A DNA stretch of 64,000 nt from an uncultured Pseudomonadota bacterium (GTDB lineage: Bacteria; Pseudomonadota; Alphaproteobacteria; Rhizobiales; Xanthobacteraceae), in NCBI GenBank assembly GCA_963707705.1, contig CAVPRD010000003.1, positions 10,306 through 74,305 of the forward strand. The letters are read 5' to 3'. Below, one piece after another: positions 22,531 through 32,780 of the stretch; the first letter of the stretch is position 1, and each line of letters opens with the position of its first letter. Under the pieces are notes generated by a model, which worked only from the letters and a program-made list of their open reading frames with translations, was not told the origin of the DNA and searched no databases. Position numbers and translations under genes: made by a program.

Positions 22531-23268
22531 CTAGGCGGCGCCGGGCAAGGTCCGGCATACCGCCTGGATGAAATGCGCCCGCGCGTCGGGAAGAGTCATC
22601 CCGCGCGGCTCCAGCACGTGACGGGAAAGGAAGAAGCCGGTCAGGCTGAAGCCGTCGGCAATATCGCGGGCGCTCGCGCTCCATCCAGCGCCGTTCGAGA
22701 CATAGGCCGGAAGAGCGAGCAGCCGATCATGCCAGGGCGCGCCCGCCTCGCGCGAAACCGCGCGCCCCGATTTTGGCGAGACATAGATGAGATCTGTGTC
22801 CGCGCCGGTGGCCGCACAGGATTCGAGGTCGAGCCCGAAGCCGAGTTCCGACAGCATCAATATCTCGAACCGTACGATCAATGCCGCGCAGGCCTGCGCA
22901 TCCGCGAGATGCCCGACAATGGCTTCCAGTCCCTCATACACATTTTCATGCGGATCGCGTTCCGGCAGCAATCTTGCCAGCGTCGCAAGATGCGTCACGG
23001 CGAACACGGCATACGCGTCGGAAAAGAAACTCCCGGCTCGAAGCGCCAAAGGTTCGATTGTGTAGGTGCCAAGATGCTCGTCGAGCCGCGCGCTCCACTG
23101 CGCCCGCACGGCATTGCCGGGTTGCAGGACCGGCCGCATCCGCGAACCCGCGCCGCCGCGCACCAGACCGAGATGGCGGCCGTGGCTGCGTGTCATCAGT
23201 TCCAGAATGGCGTTGGCCTCGCCATGACGGCGGATGCCAAGGACGAATCCTTCGTCGCTCCATTGCAT
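22531..23268 (-). CDS. recO: DNA repair protein RecO
   Basis: [47 protein letters not shown]. Confidence 0.95.
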   Translation of the reverse strand: MQWSDEGFVLGIRRHGEANAILELMTRSHGRHLGLVRGGAGSRMRPVLQPGNAVRAQWSARLDEHLGTYTIEPLALRAGSFFSDAYAVFAVTHLATLARLLPERDPHENVYEGLEAIVGHLADAQACAALIVRFEILMLSELGFGLDLESCAATGADTDLIYVSPKSGRAVSREAGAPWHDRLLALPAYVSNGAGWSASARDIADGFSLTGFFLSRHVLEPRGMTLPDARAHFIQAVCRTLPGAA

Positions 23269-23424
23269 GGCGGCAGATGAGCCGATCCGTTGGGCAAAGT
23301 CGAGACCGTCAGTTTGGCCAAACAGTCCCACAAACGCCGTTCGTTCCCCCCGAAAGTGGGAATTCAGAAAACATGCGGCCCGTTTCGCGGGGACGAACAG
23401 CGGAAAGACATCCGCGCGAAAGTG

Positions 23425-24351
23425 TCAGCGCTCACCCTTGGGAAATTCCAGTCCCATCTGGCGATAGCGCTCCGGGTCGTCGCCCCATCCTTCGCGCACC
23501 TTCACGAACAGGAAAAGATGCACCGGCGTTTCGGTGACCTCGCCGATCTCCTTGCGCGCTTCAGCCCCAATCGCCTTCAGGGTCTGTCCGCCCTTCCCGA
23601 TGACGATCTTCTTCTGGCTGTCGCGTTCGACGTAGATCGTCTGCTCGATCCGAACCGAGCCATCCTTCATCTCCTTCCAGTCTTCGGTCTCGACCGTCGC
23701 CTGGTAGGGCAATTCCTGATGGAGCCGGTGATAGAGTTTCTCGCGCGTGATCTCGGCCGCCAGGATACGGAGCGGAGCATCCGAGATCTGGTCTTCCGGA
23801 TAATGCCACGGGCCAGGCGGCACCTCGCGCGCAAGCCAGGAGCGAACGTCGGCTACACCGTCACCAGTCAGCGCCGAGACCATGAAGGTCTCCGAAAACT
23901 TCGTGCGCTCGTTGATCGCTGTCGCAAGTGCGAGCAGCGCAGGCTTGTCGATCAGATCGACCTTGTTGAGAATCAGAAACACTTTGCCGCGAAGTTCGGC
24001 GATCTTTTTCAGGATCGCTTCGGTTTCGCCGTCGAGTCCCTTGCGGGCATCGATCAATAGTCCAGTCAAATCGGCATCATGTGCCCCGCTCCAGGCACTC
24101 GTCACCATCGCGCGATCAAGCCTGCGCTTCGGTGAAAATATGCCGGGCGTGTCGATGAAAACCAGCTGCGAGGCGCCCTCGATCGCAATACCGCGCACCG
24201 GCATCCGCGTGGTCTGCACCTTGTGGCTGACGATCGAAACCTTGCTCTGAACCAGCGCGTTGATGAGCGTCGATTTGCCCGCATTGGGTGCGCCAATCAG
24301 CGCGATGAAACCGCAACGCCTCTCGCCAGTGGGATCCTGCGTATCAGGCAT
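23425..24351 (-). CDS. era: GTPase Era
   Basis: GAPNAGKS, DTPG, NKVD, KH domain (IVIGKGG, HLFLFVKV). Confidence 0.96.
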   Translation of the reverse strand: MPDTQDPTGERRCGFIALIGAPNAGKSTLINALVQSKVSIVSHKVQTTRMPVRGIAIEGASQLVFIDTPGIFSPKRRLDRAMVTSAWSGAHDADLTGLLIDARKGLDGETEAILKKIAELRGKVFLILNKVDLIDKPALLALATAINERTKFSETFMVSALTGDGVADVRSWLAREVPPGPWHYPEDQISDAPLRILAAEITREKLYHRLHQELPYQATVETEDWKEMKDGSVRIEQTIYVERDSQKKIVIGKGGQTLKAIGAEARKEIGEVTETPVHLFLFVKVREGWGDDPERYRQMGLEFPKGER

Positions 24352-25147
24352 CGGCGCGCACCCCTTCCCGGGCCAGTAACGCCGCAGCCGCAGCCTGCTC
24401 GGCGGCTCGCTTGGAGCGGCCGCGGCCTTCGGCAGGCTCGCGTTCCGGCAACAGCACGGCGACACGGAAAAGCGGGTCGTGATGAGGCCCCGTACGCTCG
24501 ACTTCGCGATACGACGGCGTCGGAAGGCCGCGCGCCTGCGCCCATTCCTGCAATACGGTCTTGGGGTCGCGAAGCGGCCGGGCCGGCTTTCGCATCCGGT
24601 CGGCCCAATAGCGTTCCACGAAGGCCTTGGCGGCCTGATAGCCGCCATCGAGGAACACCGCGCCTATCAGCGACTCGCATACATCGGCGAGGATCGCGAT
24701 GCGGGTACGACCACCGGCGCGAACTTCGGAAGCGCCAAGCCGCACCGACGTCCCAAGATCAATCGCGCGTGCCACCTCGGCGCAGGATTCGCGCCGCACC
24801 AGATCGGCAAGCCGCCGCGACAATTCACCCTCCTCCGCCTTCGGAAAGGCGGCGAACAGCATTTCGGAGACCGCAAGCCCGAGCACATGGTCGCCGAGAA
24901 ATTCAAGCCGTTGATAACTGCCGATGCGGCCCTGCCCCTTCAGGGCGGAGATATGCGTAAGCGCTCGCTCCAGCAATTCGGCGTCGTTAAAGCGATAATC
25001 GATGGTGGTTTCGAGCGCGGAGGCAGGCGGCACCTTGCGGCGGGGCTTGCGCGGCTTGTCGGCAGCGGTCTTCGGCTTTGCGGGTTCGGCCGTCCGCTTC
25101 GCGCGCGATGGCGCTTGCGAATTCCCGCCCTCCGCCTTGCGGCTCAT
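24344..25147 (-). CDS. rnc: Ribonuclease III
   Basis: YQRLEFLGDHVLG signature and dsRBD (DPKTVLQEWAQ); basic N-terminal extension. Confidence 0.96.
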   Translation of the reverse strand: MSRKAEGGNSQAPSRAKRTAEPAKPKTAADKPRKPRRKVPPASALETTIDYRFNDAELLERALTHISALKGQGRIGSYQRLEFLGDHVLGLAVSEMLFAAFPKAEEGELSRRLADLVRRESCAEVARAIDLGTSVRLGASEVRAGGRTRIAILADVCESLIGAVFLDGGYQAAKAFVERYWADRMRKPARPLRDPKTVLQEWAQARGLPTPSYREVERTGPHHDPLFRVAVLLPEREPAEGRGRSKRAAEQAAAAALLAREGVRADA

Positions 25148-25896
25148 CTGACGATCTTGAACAGCCGGTTCCACCGGATCGACCAGGGCCAGCGCCAGAA
25201 CTGCCAGGCGCGTTCACCCTCGGCAACGGAGAAGAAGATGATCTGCGCGCGGCCGACCAGGTTGGCGAAGGGTACGTAGCCGACCTGACTCAGCACGCGA
25301 CTGTCGGTGGAATTGTCGCGATTGTCGCCCATCATGAAAAATTGGCCCGGAGGCACGACATATTCCTGCGTGTTGTCGTAGAAGCCGTTGTCCTGCAGAT
25401 CGAGCGTGGTGTAGCTGACACCATTGGGCAGCGTCTCGCGCCAGCGCTTGACGCGGATGGCCCGGTCGCCTTCCTCAGTCTCAATATAGTCGTCGATGCG
25501 CTCGCGCTTTACCGGCTGGCCGTTGATATGGAGCAGACCGTTGATCATTTGGATGCGGTCGCCCGACAGCCCGATCACGCGCTTGATGTAGTCGGTGGAG
25601 TCATCCCTCGGCAGACGGAACACCACGACATCGCCACGATCGGGCGGCGACCCGAAGATGCGGCCGGTAAAGATCGGCGGCGAAAACGGCAGCGAATAAG
25701 CGCTGTAACCGTAGGAATATTTCGACACAAACAGGTAATCGCCGACCAGCAAGGTCTCCTTCATCGAACCGGAGGGGATGTTGAAGGGCTGGAACAGGAA
25801 GGTGCGGATGACCAGTGCGATAATCAGCGCATGAATGATGACGCGGACGGTCTCGCCGAAGCCGCTTTCCTTCTTCTTGGTGCTGGTCACGCTCAT
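25144..25896 (-). CDS. lepB: Signal peptidase I
   Basis: IPSGSM, DYIKRVIG, GDNRDNSTDSR. Confidence 0.96.
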   Translation of the reverse strand: MSVTSTKKKESGFGETVRVIIHALIIALVIRTFLFQPFNIPSGSMKETLLVGDYLFVSKYSYGYSAYSLPFSPPIFTGRIFGSPPDRGDVVVFRLPRDDSTDYIKRVIGLSGDRIQMINGLLHINGQPVKRERIDDYIETEEGDRAIRVKRWRETLPNGVSYTTLDLQDNGFYDNTQEYVVPPGQFFMMGDNRDNSTDSRVLSQVGYVPFANLVGRAQIIFFSVAEGERAWQFWRWPWSIRWNRLFKIVR

Positions 25897-26015
25897 CGGC
25901 CTCTGGTCCTGATATGTCGCGCGACCTTGTAGCGGCTGGGGCGCGGCCACGCAATGAAACCCTCATTTGACGTAAAGTTTTGAAATATCTGATGAAATTC
26001 CATTTTTATGGCGTG

Positions 26016-26423
26016 TTATCGCGGGCTTAGAGGCGCCGCGGAGATGATGACAATGGCTTGGGCGAGCGGATATTCGTCGGTCAGGCTAACATCGATTCGG
26101 GCCTCGAGGCCTGCCGGTGTGATCTCCTTCAACCGCGCCAGCGCGCCACCCGTCAGTGACATGGTGGGCCGGCCGGAAGGCAAATTCACGACGCCCATGT
26201 CGCGGAAAAATACCCCCTTGCGAAATCCGGTACCGAGCGCCTTCGAGCATGCTTCCTTTGCGGCAAATCTCTTGGCGTAGGTATCTATTCGGGTAGCTCG
26301 CTGTTCGGCCTTCGCCACTTCTACGGGCGTGAAAATGCGCTGGATGAAGCGGTCGCCGTGCCGCGCCAGCACCTTCTCGATGCGGCGTATATCCACAAGG
26401 TCCGAACCCAGCCCGAGGATCAT
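26016..26423 (-). CDS. acpS: Holo-ACP synthase
   Basis: [26 protein letters not shown]. Confidence 0.96.
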   Translation of the reverse strand: MILGLGSDLVDIRRIEKVLARHGDRFIQRIFTPVEVAKAEQRATRIDTYAKRFAAKEACSKALGTGFRKGVFFRDMGVVNLPSGRPTMSLTGGALARLKEITPAGLEARIDVSLTDEYPLAQAIVIISAAPLSPR

Positions 26424-27181
26424 GCGGTTGCGCCTTCGCGGCGGCCGCGATCCATGGCGCCACGCATCGTGCGGATCGCGTTGTCCAGCCCGACAAAGAC
26501 TGCCTCTCCGATCAGGAAATGACCGATGTTGAGTTCGACGATTTCCGGGAGCGTCGCGATGGTCTCCGCGCTCGCATAATCAAGCCCGTGTCCGGCGTGG
26601 ACTTCGAGGCCGAGTGCTTTTGCCAGGCTTGCCGCTTTGCGAATGCGCTCGAATTCGCGTGCGGCCAACTCCCGGCGATCGTCCAGGAGTGCTTCGCACC
26701 AAGCGCCGGTATGGATTTCGATCACCGGCGTACCGACCGCCTTCGCCGTCTCGATCTGCGCGGGGTCCGCTGCGATGAACAATGACACGCGCATGCCGGC
26801 ACCGCCGAGGCGTTTCACAGCTTCGCCAATCAGTGACTTCTGGCCAACAACGTCGAGCCCGCCTTCCGTGGTGCGCTCGGCACGCCGCTCAGGAACGAGG
26901 CAGGCGGCATGCGGCCGGGTACGGATAGCAATCGCGATCATATCGTCGGTCGCCGCCATCTCGAAATTCAGCGGCTTGTCGATCTCGGCCTTCAATCGCT
27001 CAATGTCCTCGTCACGGATATGGCGACGGTCTTCGCGCAGATGCGCGGTGATACCATCAGCGCCGGCCGCGACCGCAAGCTTTGCCGCGCGCACCGGATC
27101 GGGATGGCGGCCGCCGCGCGCATTGCGGATGGTCGCAACATGGTCGATGTTCACGCCAAGACGTAAGAAAGGTTCCGCCAC
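26420..27181 (-). CDS. pdxJ: Pyridoxine 5'-phosphate synthase
   Basis: [36 protein letters not shown]. Confidence 0.97.
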   Translation of the reverse strand: MAEPFLRLGVNIDHVATIRNARGGRHPDPVRAAKLAVAAGADGITAHLREDRRHIRDEDIERLKAEIDKPLNFEMAATDDMIAIAIRTRPHAACLVPERRAERTTEGGLDVVGQKSLIGEAVKRLGGAGMRVSLFIAADPAQIETAKAVGTPVIEIHTGAWCEALLDDRRELAAREFERIRKAASLAKALGLEVHAGHGLDYASAETIATLPEIVELNIGHFLIGEAVFVGLDNAIRTMRGAMDRGRREGATA

Positions 27182-27192
27182 GTCGTGTCTCG

Positions 27193-29508
27193 TCAGCCGT
27201 TCACGCGAGCCACGCTCGCGACCATGGGCTTGGCCCGCAATTGCGCGATGATCGCTGTGAGATGCTTGAGGTCGTAAACTTCGAGGTCGATCGTGATGGC
27301 GGTGAAATCCGGCGACTGCCGGCTCATGTTGATATTATCGATATTGCCGTCGTTCTCTGCGATCACCTGTGCGACCTGCGCGAGCGAGCCCGGCTCATTC
27401 ACCGATTGCACCACGATCTGCGCCGGAAAGCGCTGCGGCTCGTGGTCGTCCACGTCCCAGCGGAGATCGAGCCAGGTATCCGGCCGGTCCTCGAAATCCT
27501 TCAGGGACGGCGACTGGATCGGATAAATGGTGATGCCCTCGCCCGGCGTCAGGATGCCGACGATGCGGTCGCCCGGAACCGCGCCGCCATTGGGGGCAAA
27601 GCGCACCGGCAGATCGCTGTTGATGCCGCGCACCGGGATCGCCCCGGAGCCATCCGCGACCTTGGCCTTTATCGCCTTGGCGCGACCGAGCCCAAACCAG
27701 CTTCCATCGCCCTTGGGAGCCGCAAGATTGGCGCGCTCCTCGCGGTAATCCGGATACATGGCGCGAGCTACGTCGGAGGCCTTCATTTCCCCGCGACCCA
27801 CCGCCGCCATCACCTCCTCGACAGAAACACGTGCCAGCCGTGGCAACGCGCCTGTCAGGGTCTCGTCCGAATATTCCTTCTTCGCCCGCTGGAACAGCCG
27901 CTCCACGATGCGGCGCCCAAGACCGGCATATTGGTCGCGCACCGCAACGCGGGTCGCACGCCGGATCGAGGCGCGCGCCTTGCCAGTGACCACGATGGAT
28001 TCCCAGGCGGCGGGCGGAGCCTTCTGCGCCTTCGAGGTGATGATCTCAACCTCGTCGCCATTTTGTAATTCGGATGCGAGCGGCGCGATCTTGCCGTTGA
28101 TCTTCGCGCCGACCGCCATGTTGCCGACATCGGTATGGACCGCATAGGCAAAATCGATCGGCGTCGCGTGCCGCGGCAACGCGATCAGCTTGCCCTTCGG
28201 CGTGAAGCAGAAAACCTGATCGTGAAACAGTTCGAGCTTGGTGTGTTCGAGGAATTCCTCCGAATTCGAACCTTCCGACAAAAGCTCGATGGTACGCCGT
28301 AACCAAGCATACGCGTTGGATTCGCGCGACAGCATTTCCGATGGCGAGACGCTCGCATCCTTGTAGAGCGCATGCGCGGCGATGCCGTATTCGGCGATCT
28401 CGTCCATTTCCTGCGTGCGCACCTGTAACTCGACGCGCTGCTTGCCGGGACCGATTACCGTGGTGTGGATCGAGCGATAGTCGTTCTGCTTCGGAGTTGA
28501 AATATAGTCCTTGAAGCGACCGGGCACGACCGGCCAGGTGGTGTGCACGACACCGACGGCCTGGTAGCAATCGGCCACCGCATTCACGATCACGCGGAAA
28601 GCGAAAATATCCGATAATTGCTCGAAGCCGACAGACTTGCGCTCCATCTTGCGCCAGATCGAATAGGCGCGCTTCTGACGGCCTTTGACCCTGGCGGCGA
28701 GACCACGATCGGCAAGCTTGCGCATCAATTGCTGTTCGATGTCGAGGGTCAGATCCTTGTTACGGAGCGCTAGATTGAGCAGCCGCTCGGTTACGACATT
28801 GTAGGCATCCGGATAGAGCTGCCGGAACGACAGGTCCTCGAGCTCCTCGCGCATCTCCTGCATACCCATGCGGCCGGCCAGCGGCGCATAGATATCAAGC
28901 GTCTCTTCCGCCATCCGTCTGCTCACATCCGGAGTCACGTGATGCAGCGTGCGCATGTTGTGCAGACGGTCAGCGAGCTTCACGAGCAGAACGCGCACAT
29001 CGTCGGCGATAGCAAGCAGGAGCTTACGCAAATTCTCCGCCTGCTTGGCTTCCTTGGTGACGAGATCGAGCTTCTTCAGCTTGGTCAGGCCCTCGACCAG
29101 TACGCCGATCTCCTTGCCGAACAGTTCGTCAATCTCCGCGCGTGTCGCCGGAGTATCCTCGATGGTGTCGTGCAAGAGCGCTGCGGCCACCGTCGCGTCA
29201 TCGAGCTTGAGGTCGGTCAGGATCGCGGCGACTTCAAGCGGATGCGAAAAATACGGGTCGCCCGAAGCGCGCTTCTGCTCGCCATGCGCCTTCATGGCAT
29301 ACACATAGGCGCGGTTGAGCAGGGCTTCGTCAGTATTCGGATTGTAGCGGCGGACCCTGTCGACCAACTCGTATTGCCGCATCATCTGGGGCTTGGCCCC
29401 GCGCGCCGGCTTTTCGACCGGGGTCGGCACTGCAGCCGAAAGGTCCAGCGGCGCGCGGGTGCGCGCCTGATTCTGCATCCTCGGCAATTGCGGGCTCGAT
29501 CGCGCCAT
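27193..29508 (-). CDS. relA: Bifunctional (p)ppGpp synthetase/hydrolase (Rel/SpoT)
   Basis: HD domain ([18 protein letters not shown]), synthetase (RFKDYI, YRSIHTT), TGS and ACT domains; start uncertain. Confidence 0.96.
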   Translation of the reverse strand: MARSSPQLPRMQNQARTRAPLDLSAAVPTPVEKPARGAKPQMMRQYELVDRVRRYNPNTDEALLNRAYVYAMKAHGEQKRASGDPYFSHPLEVAAILTDLKLDDATVAAALLHDTIEDTPATRAEIDELFGKEIGVLVEGLTKLKKLDLVTKEAKQAENLRKLLLAIADDVRVLLVKLADRLHNMRTLHHVTPDVSRRMAEETLDIYAPLAGRMGMQEMREELEDLSFRQLYPDAYNVVTERLLNLALRNKDLTLDIEQQLMRKLADRGLAARVKGRQKRAYSIWRKMERKSVGFEQLSDIFAFRVIVNAVADCYQAVGVVHTTWPVVPGRFKDYISTPKQNDYRSIHTTVIGPGKQRVELQVRTQEMDEIAEYGIAAHALYKDASVSPSEMLSRESNAYAWLRRTIELLSEGSNSEEFLEHTKLELFHDQVFCFTPKGKLIALPRHATPIDFAYAVHTDVGNMAVGAKINGKIAPLASELQNGDEVEIITSKAQKAPPAAWESIVVTGKARASIRRATRVAVRDQYAGLGRRIVERLFQRAKKEYSDETLTGALPRLARVSVEEVMAAVGRGEMKASDVARAMYPDYREERANLAAPKGDGSWFGLGRAKAIKAKVADGSGAIPVRGINSDLPVRFAPNGGAVPGDRIVGILTPGEGITIYPIQSPSLKDFEDRPDTWLDLRWDVDDHEPQRFPAQIVVQSVNEPGSLAQVAQVIAENDGNIDNINMSRQSPDFTAITIDLEVYDLKHLTAIIAQLRAKPMVASVARVNG

Positions 29509-29601
29509 ATCCGCTCCGGCCGGCGGAAAAACCACCGCCTTAACCCTGCAATGCTAACACGGTGCGTCGCTTCACCGCCAAGGTTGCGTCACAGGGTTAA
29601 G

Positions 29602-29632
29602 AAACAAAAAGGCCCGGCAGAGCCGGGCCTTC
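29602..29632 (-). terminator. Terminator after rpoZ
   Basis: AAGGCCCGGC-TCT-GCCGGGCCTT-TTTGTTT on the minus strand. Confidence 0.75.
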
Positions 29633-29654
29633 GCTACGCAGACGATAGATCGCC

Positions 29655-30041
29655 TTATTCCTCTTCCTCGGGCTGGGCCTCGGGGGGGGTGAGACCCTCC
29701 AGCCCCTTGAGCAACTCCTCCTCGCTCATGTGTTCCATGGCGACATCGGTATCGTCGGCGTCGACCGAGCCCGACGCCCCGATCAGCGGCGCTTCCGGTT
29801 CCGGCTCGTCCACCTCGACATACTTCTGCAGGGAATGGATCAGGTCCTCTTTCAGGTCCTCGGGGGAGATTGTGGTCTCGGCAATCTCGCGAAGTGCAAC
29901 CACCGGGTTCTTGTCGTTGTCGCGATCGACGGTAATCTGCGAGCCTGAGGAGACCATCCTGGCGCGATGGCTCGCCAGCAGGACGAGTTCGAAGCGATTT
30001 TCAACTTTATCGATACAATCTTCGACGGTGACGCGGGCCAT
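29655..30041 (-). CDS. rpoZ: RNA polymerase omega subunit
   Basis: [28 protein letters not shown]...[12 protein letters not shown]. Confidence 0.97.
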   Translation of the reverse strand: MARVTVEDCIDKVENRFELVLLASHRARMVSSGSQITVDRDNDKNPVVALREIAETTISPEDLKEDLIHSLQKYVEVDEPEPEAPLIGASGSVDADDTDVAMEHMSEEELLKGLEGLTPPEAQPEEEE

Positions 30042-30393
30042 TGGCTCGGCACTCCTCAATCATGAGTTTTTCGACTGGAATTAGCGCAGTTGGTACCCAC
30101 ATGCCCCTAAATTCGCAAGAACTAAATTACACTCAGCGCATTAGCTTTTTTGCTTGGACCACACGTCAGACATCTGTAAACGACCCCGCCGGAATCAAAC
30201 GGGCCATTCTGGCAAATTACTGAAAACGCAGATTTCGCAGGCTCAAAGTCGGCTTTTTCGAGGCAACTGGCCCGCTTTCGCATTCAGCGCATGCGGATGT
30301 CGACGCGTAGAGCCTTTAAACGCCTGACGTAAAAATTGTCGGTAGCGGGGTCAGGCGATCGCCTCGGCCTCCAACAAGAAGGAAATGGAATTG

Positions 30394-31054
30394 ATGACGG
30401 GTTCCAACAAAGTCGAGAAAGACCGCACTATTCATCGACGGCGCAAATCTCTATGCGACCGCAAAATCATTGGGCTTCGACATCGATTACAAGCGGCTGC
30501 TGCGCGAATTTCAGTCGCGCGGCTATTTGCTGCGCGCCTTTTACTACACCGCGGTTATCGAGGATCAGGAATATTCGTCGATCCGGCCGCTGATCGATTG
30601 GCTCGACTATAACGGTTACACGGTCGTGACCAAGGCGACCAAGGAATTCGTGGATCAGACGGGTCGGCGAAAGGTCAAGGGCAACATGGATATCGAGCTT
30701 GCCGTCGATGCCATGGAGCTGGCGGGCTCGATCGACCACATGGTTCTGTTTTCCGGTGACGGCGATTTCCGTTCGCTGATCGAGGCGGTGCAGCGCCGTG
30801 GCGTGCGCGTGACTGTAGTGTCGACCATGACCTCGCAGCCGCCGATGGTTGCCGACGAATTGCGCCGCCAAGCCGACGAGTTCATCGACATTGTGCAACT
30901 TCAAAGCAAAATCGGCCGAGACCCGACCGAACGCCCGGTTCGCGAGCCGCGCGAAGGCGGCCGTGAACCACGCCCGCACACTCCGCAATTCCTGCAGCGC
31001 CCGGCCGCGCAACGTGCAAATGTCGGCCACGATGGCGACGATTTCGACGACTGA
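30394..31054 (+). CDS. NYN-domain (LabA/DUF88) protein; +1 frameshift at about 30418
   Basis: MTGSNKVE joins KTALFIDGANLYATAKSLGFDIDY after one extra A; KGNMDIELAVD, LFSGDGDF. Confidence 0.88.
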
Positions 31055-31733
31055 GGATTCGAGGAAGACCAAGGCCGGCCCCGCCTTCCTTCGCGACAGC
31101 GGAAAGCCCGGGCGCGATTGCGCGCTCTGCCCGCGCCTAGCGGCTTTTCGCGAGGTGTGCCGACAGCGCGAACCGGGGTGGTTCAACGCGCCAGTCGCAT
31201 CTTTTGGTCCGAAATCAGCCGGTCTTCTTATCGTCGGGCTTGCCCCCGGTCTGCAGGGCGCGAACCGCACCGGCCGACCCTTTACCGGCGACTATGCCGG
31301 CGACCTCCTGTTTCCGACGCTGATCGAGTTTGGTTTCGCACGCGGGCGATTCGAAGCGCGGGTGGACGACAGCCTGGAGTTGATCGAAGCGCGGATCACG
31401 AACGCAGTACGCTGCCTTCCGCCCGAGAACAAGCCGACACCGGCGGAGATCGCCACCTGCCGCAGCTTTCTCGAAGCCACCATCGCCGAAATGACAGAGT
31501 TGCGCGCGATCGTGGCGCTAGGCCGCATCGCACATGATGCGGTTGTGACCGCACTCGGAAAAAAGAAATCGGCGGTGAAATTCGGGCATGGAATGCGCAG
31601 CGACCACGGCCACATCGCGCTTTTCGACAGCTACCACTGTTCGCGTTACAACACCAATACCGGCGTGCTTACGCCGGAGATGTTTCGAAACGTATTCGCC
31701 GCTGTACGAACGCATCTCGACGCCGCTTCCTAG
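31032..31733 (+). CDS. Uracil-DNA glycosylase (family 4/5-like)
   Basis: CALCPRL, GLAPGLQGANRTGRPFTGD, NAVRCLPPENKP, SYHCSRYNTNT. Confidence 0.9.
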   Translation: MATISTTEDSRKTKAGPAFLRDSGKPGRDCALCPRLAAFREVCRQREPGWFNAPVASFGPKSAGLLIVGLAPGLQGANRTGRPFTGDYAGDLLFPTLIEFGFARGRFEARVDDSLELIEARITNAVRCLPPENKPTPAEIATCRSFLEATIAEMTELRAIVALGRIAHDAVVTALGKKKSAVKFGHGMRSDHGHIALFDSYHCSRYNTNTGVLTPEMFRNVFAAVRTHLDAAS

Positions 31734-31847
31734 ATCACCATGATTTTGGATTGAACAAATTCAAAATTATAAACATGATCGATTCTAATCATTTAGAGCA
31801 TGATGTCGTTCGAAAAGCGCTTCACACTTTTCGGCATCATGCGCTAA
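31730..31847. repeat. Rhizobiales intergenic palindromic repeat (RIME/MITE-like), copy 1
   Basis: CTAGATCACCATGATTTTGG...GAAAAGCGCTTCACACTTTTCGGCATCATGCGCTAA; aligns end to end with the reverse complement of 36968-37084. Confidence 0.8.
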
Positions 31848-32746
31848 GTGGCGCTTGCCTCGTCGCACCGGCGCACCAATTTCTCGATTTTGACCAGGGT
31901 CGTTTCGTCATCGAGCAAAGGCGCGTGGCCCTGATCCGGCACCTCTACCACCTCGAGATCGGAGCGCCGCGTGCGCATCGCTACAACTGTGTCGAGCGAA
32001 AGAAGGTCCGACAACAATCCCCGGATAACCATCACGGGAACGCGTGGCAGCGCATCGAACTGCGCCCAGAGCGGCGGCGGCAATGTGTCGGGCGTCACCG
32101 CTTGAAGAGTGTTGCCAAGCTTTGGATCATAGCGCGCGGTTAGGATGCCGCCGTCTTCTATCCAGCTTCGCTGCGCCCAGGCCAGCCATTGCGCGTCGGT
32201 AAGCTTCGGGAATTGTGCACTGAACAGACGGCGGAGCACCGTGACCCCGTCGGCATAGTCGCGCGGACGCGGCGTCCGGCCGACATAGCCCTTGATCCGC
32301 AACAGGCCCTTCATTTCGATGATCGGCCCAATGTCGTTCAGCACAGCGCCGGCGATCAGCGATGGACGCGCCGCTGCAAGCAGCATCGTCAGAATGCCGC
32401 CGCGCGAGGTTCCGACAAAGATTGCCCGATCGATACCGACCGCAGTAGTGACGGCGATCACGTCGGCAAGTTCGATCCGAGGATCATAATTGCGCCATTC
32501 GGGGTCATGCTCGGAGAGGCCACGACCGCGATAGTCGAATGTGTATACGCGCCGCGGACTTGCAGGGTCCGACGCGAAACGGCTCGCCAGCGTCTCAAAA
32601 TCCGCCTCGGTGCGGGAAAGACCCGGCAGGCAGACGATCGGAAGGCGCGAATTCACCGCGCCGTGTGCCCGCACGTGCAGGGAAAGGCCGTCAGGCGCGG
32701 TGACGAACAGGCTATCGGAGCTTGCGGGCCGGGCAATATCGTGCAT
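31844..32746 (-). CDS. Alpha/beta-fold hydrolase
   Basis: CLPGLSR, DYRGRGLS, GTSRGG nucleophile elbow, GHAPLL. Confidence 0.9.
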   Translation of the reverse strand: MHDIARPASSDSLFVTAPDGLSLHVRAHGAVNSRLPIVCLPGLSRTEADFETLASRFASDPASPRRVYTFDYRGRGLSEHDPEWRNYDPRIELADVIAVTTAVGIDRAIFVGTSRGGILTMLLAAARPSLIAGAVLNDIGPIIEMKGLLRIKGYVGRTPRPRDYADGVTVLRRLFSAQFPKLTDAQWLAWAQRSWIEDGGILTARYDPKLGNTLQAVTPDTLPPPLWAQFDALPRVPVMVIRGLLSDLLSLDTVVAMRTRRSDLEVVEVPDQGHAPLLDDETTLVKIEKLVRRCDEASAT

Positions 32747-32780
32747 CGCCCGTTAGCCTACCGATACCGGCGAAGCGACG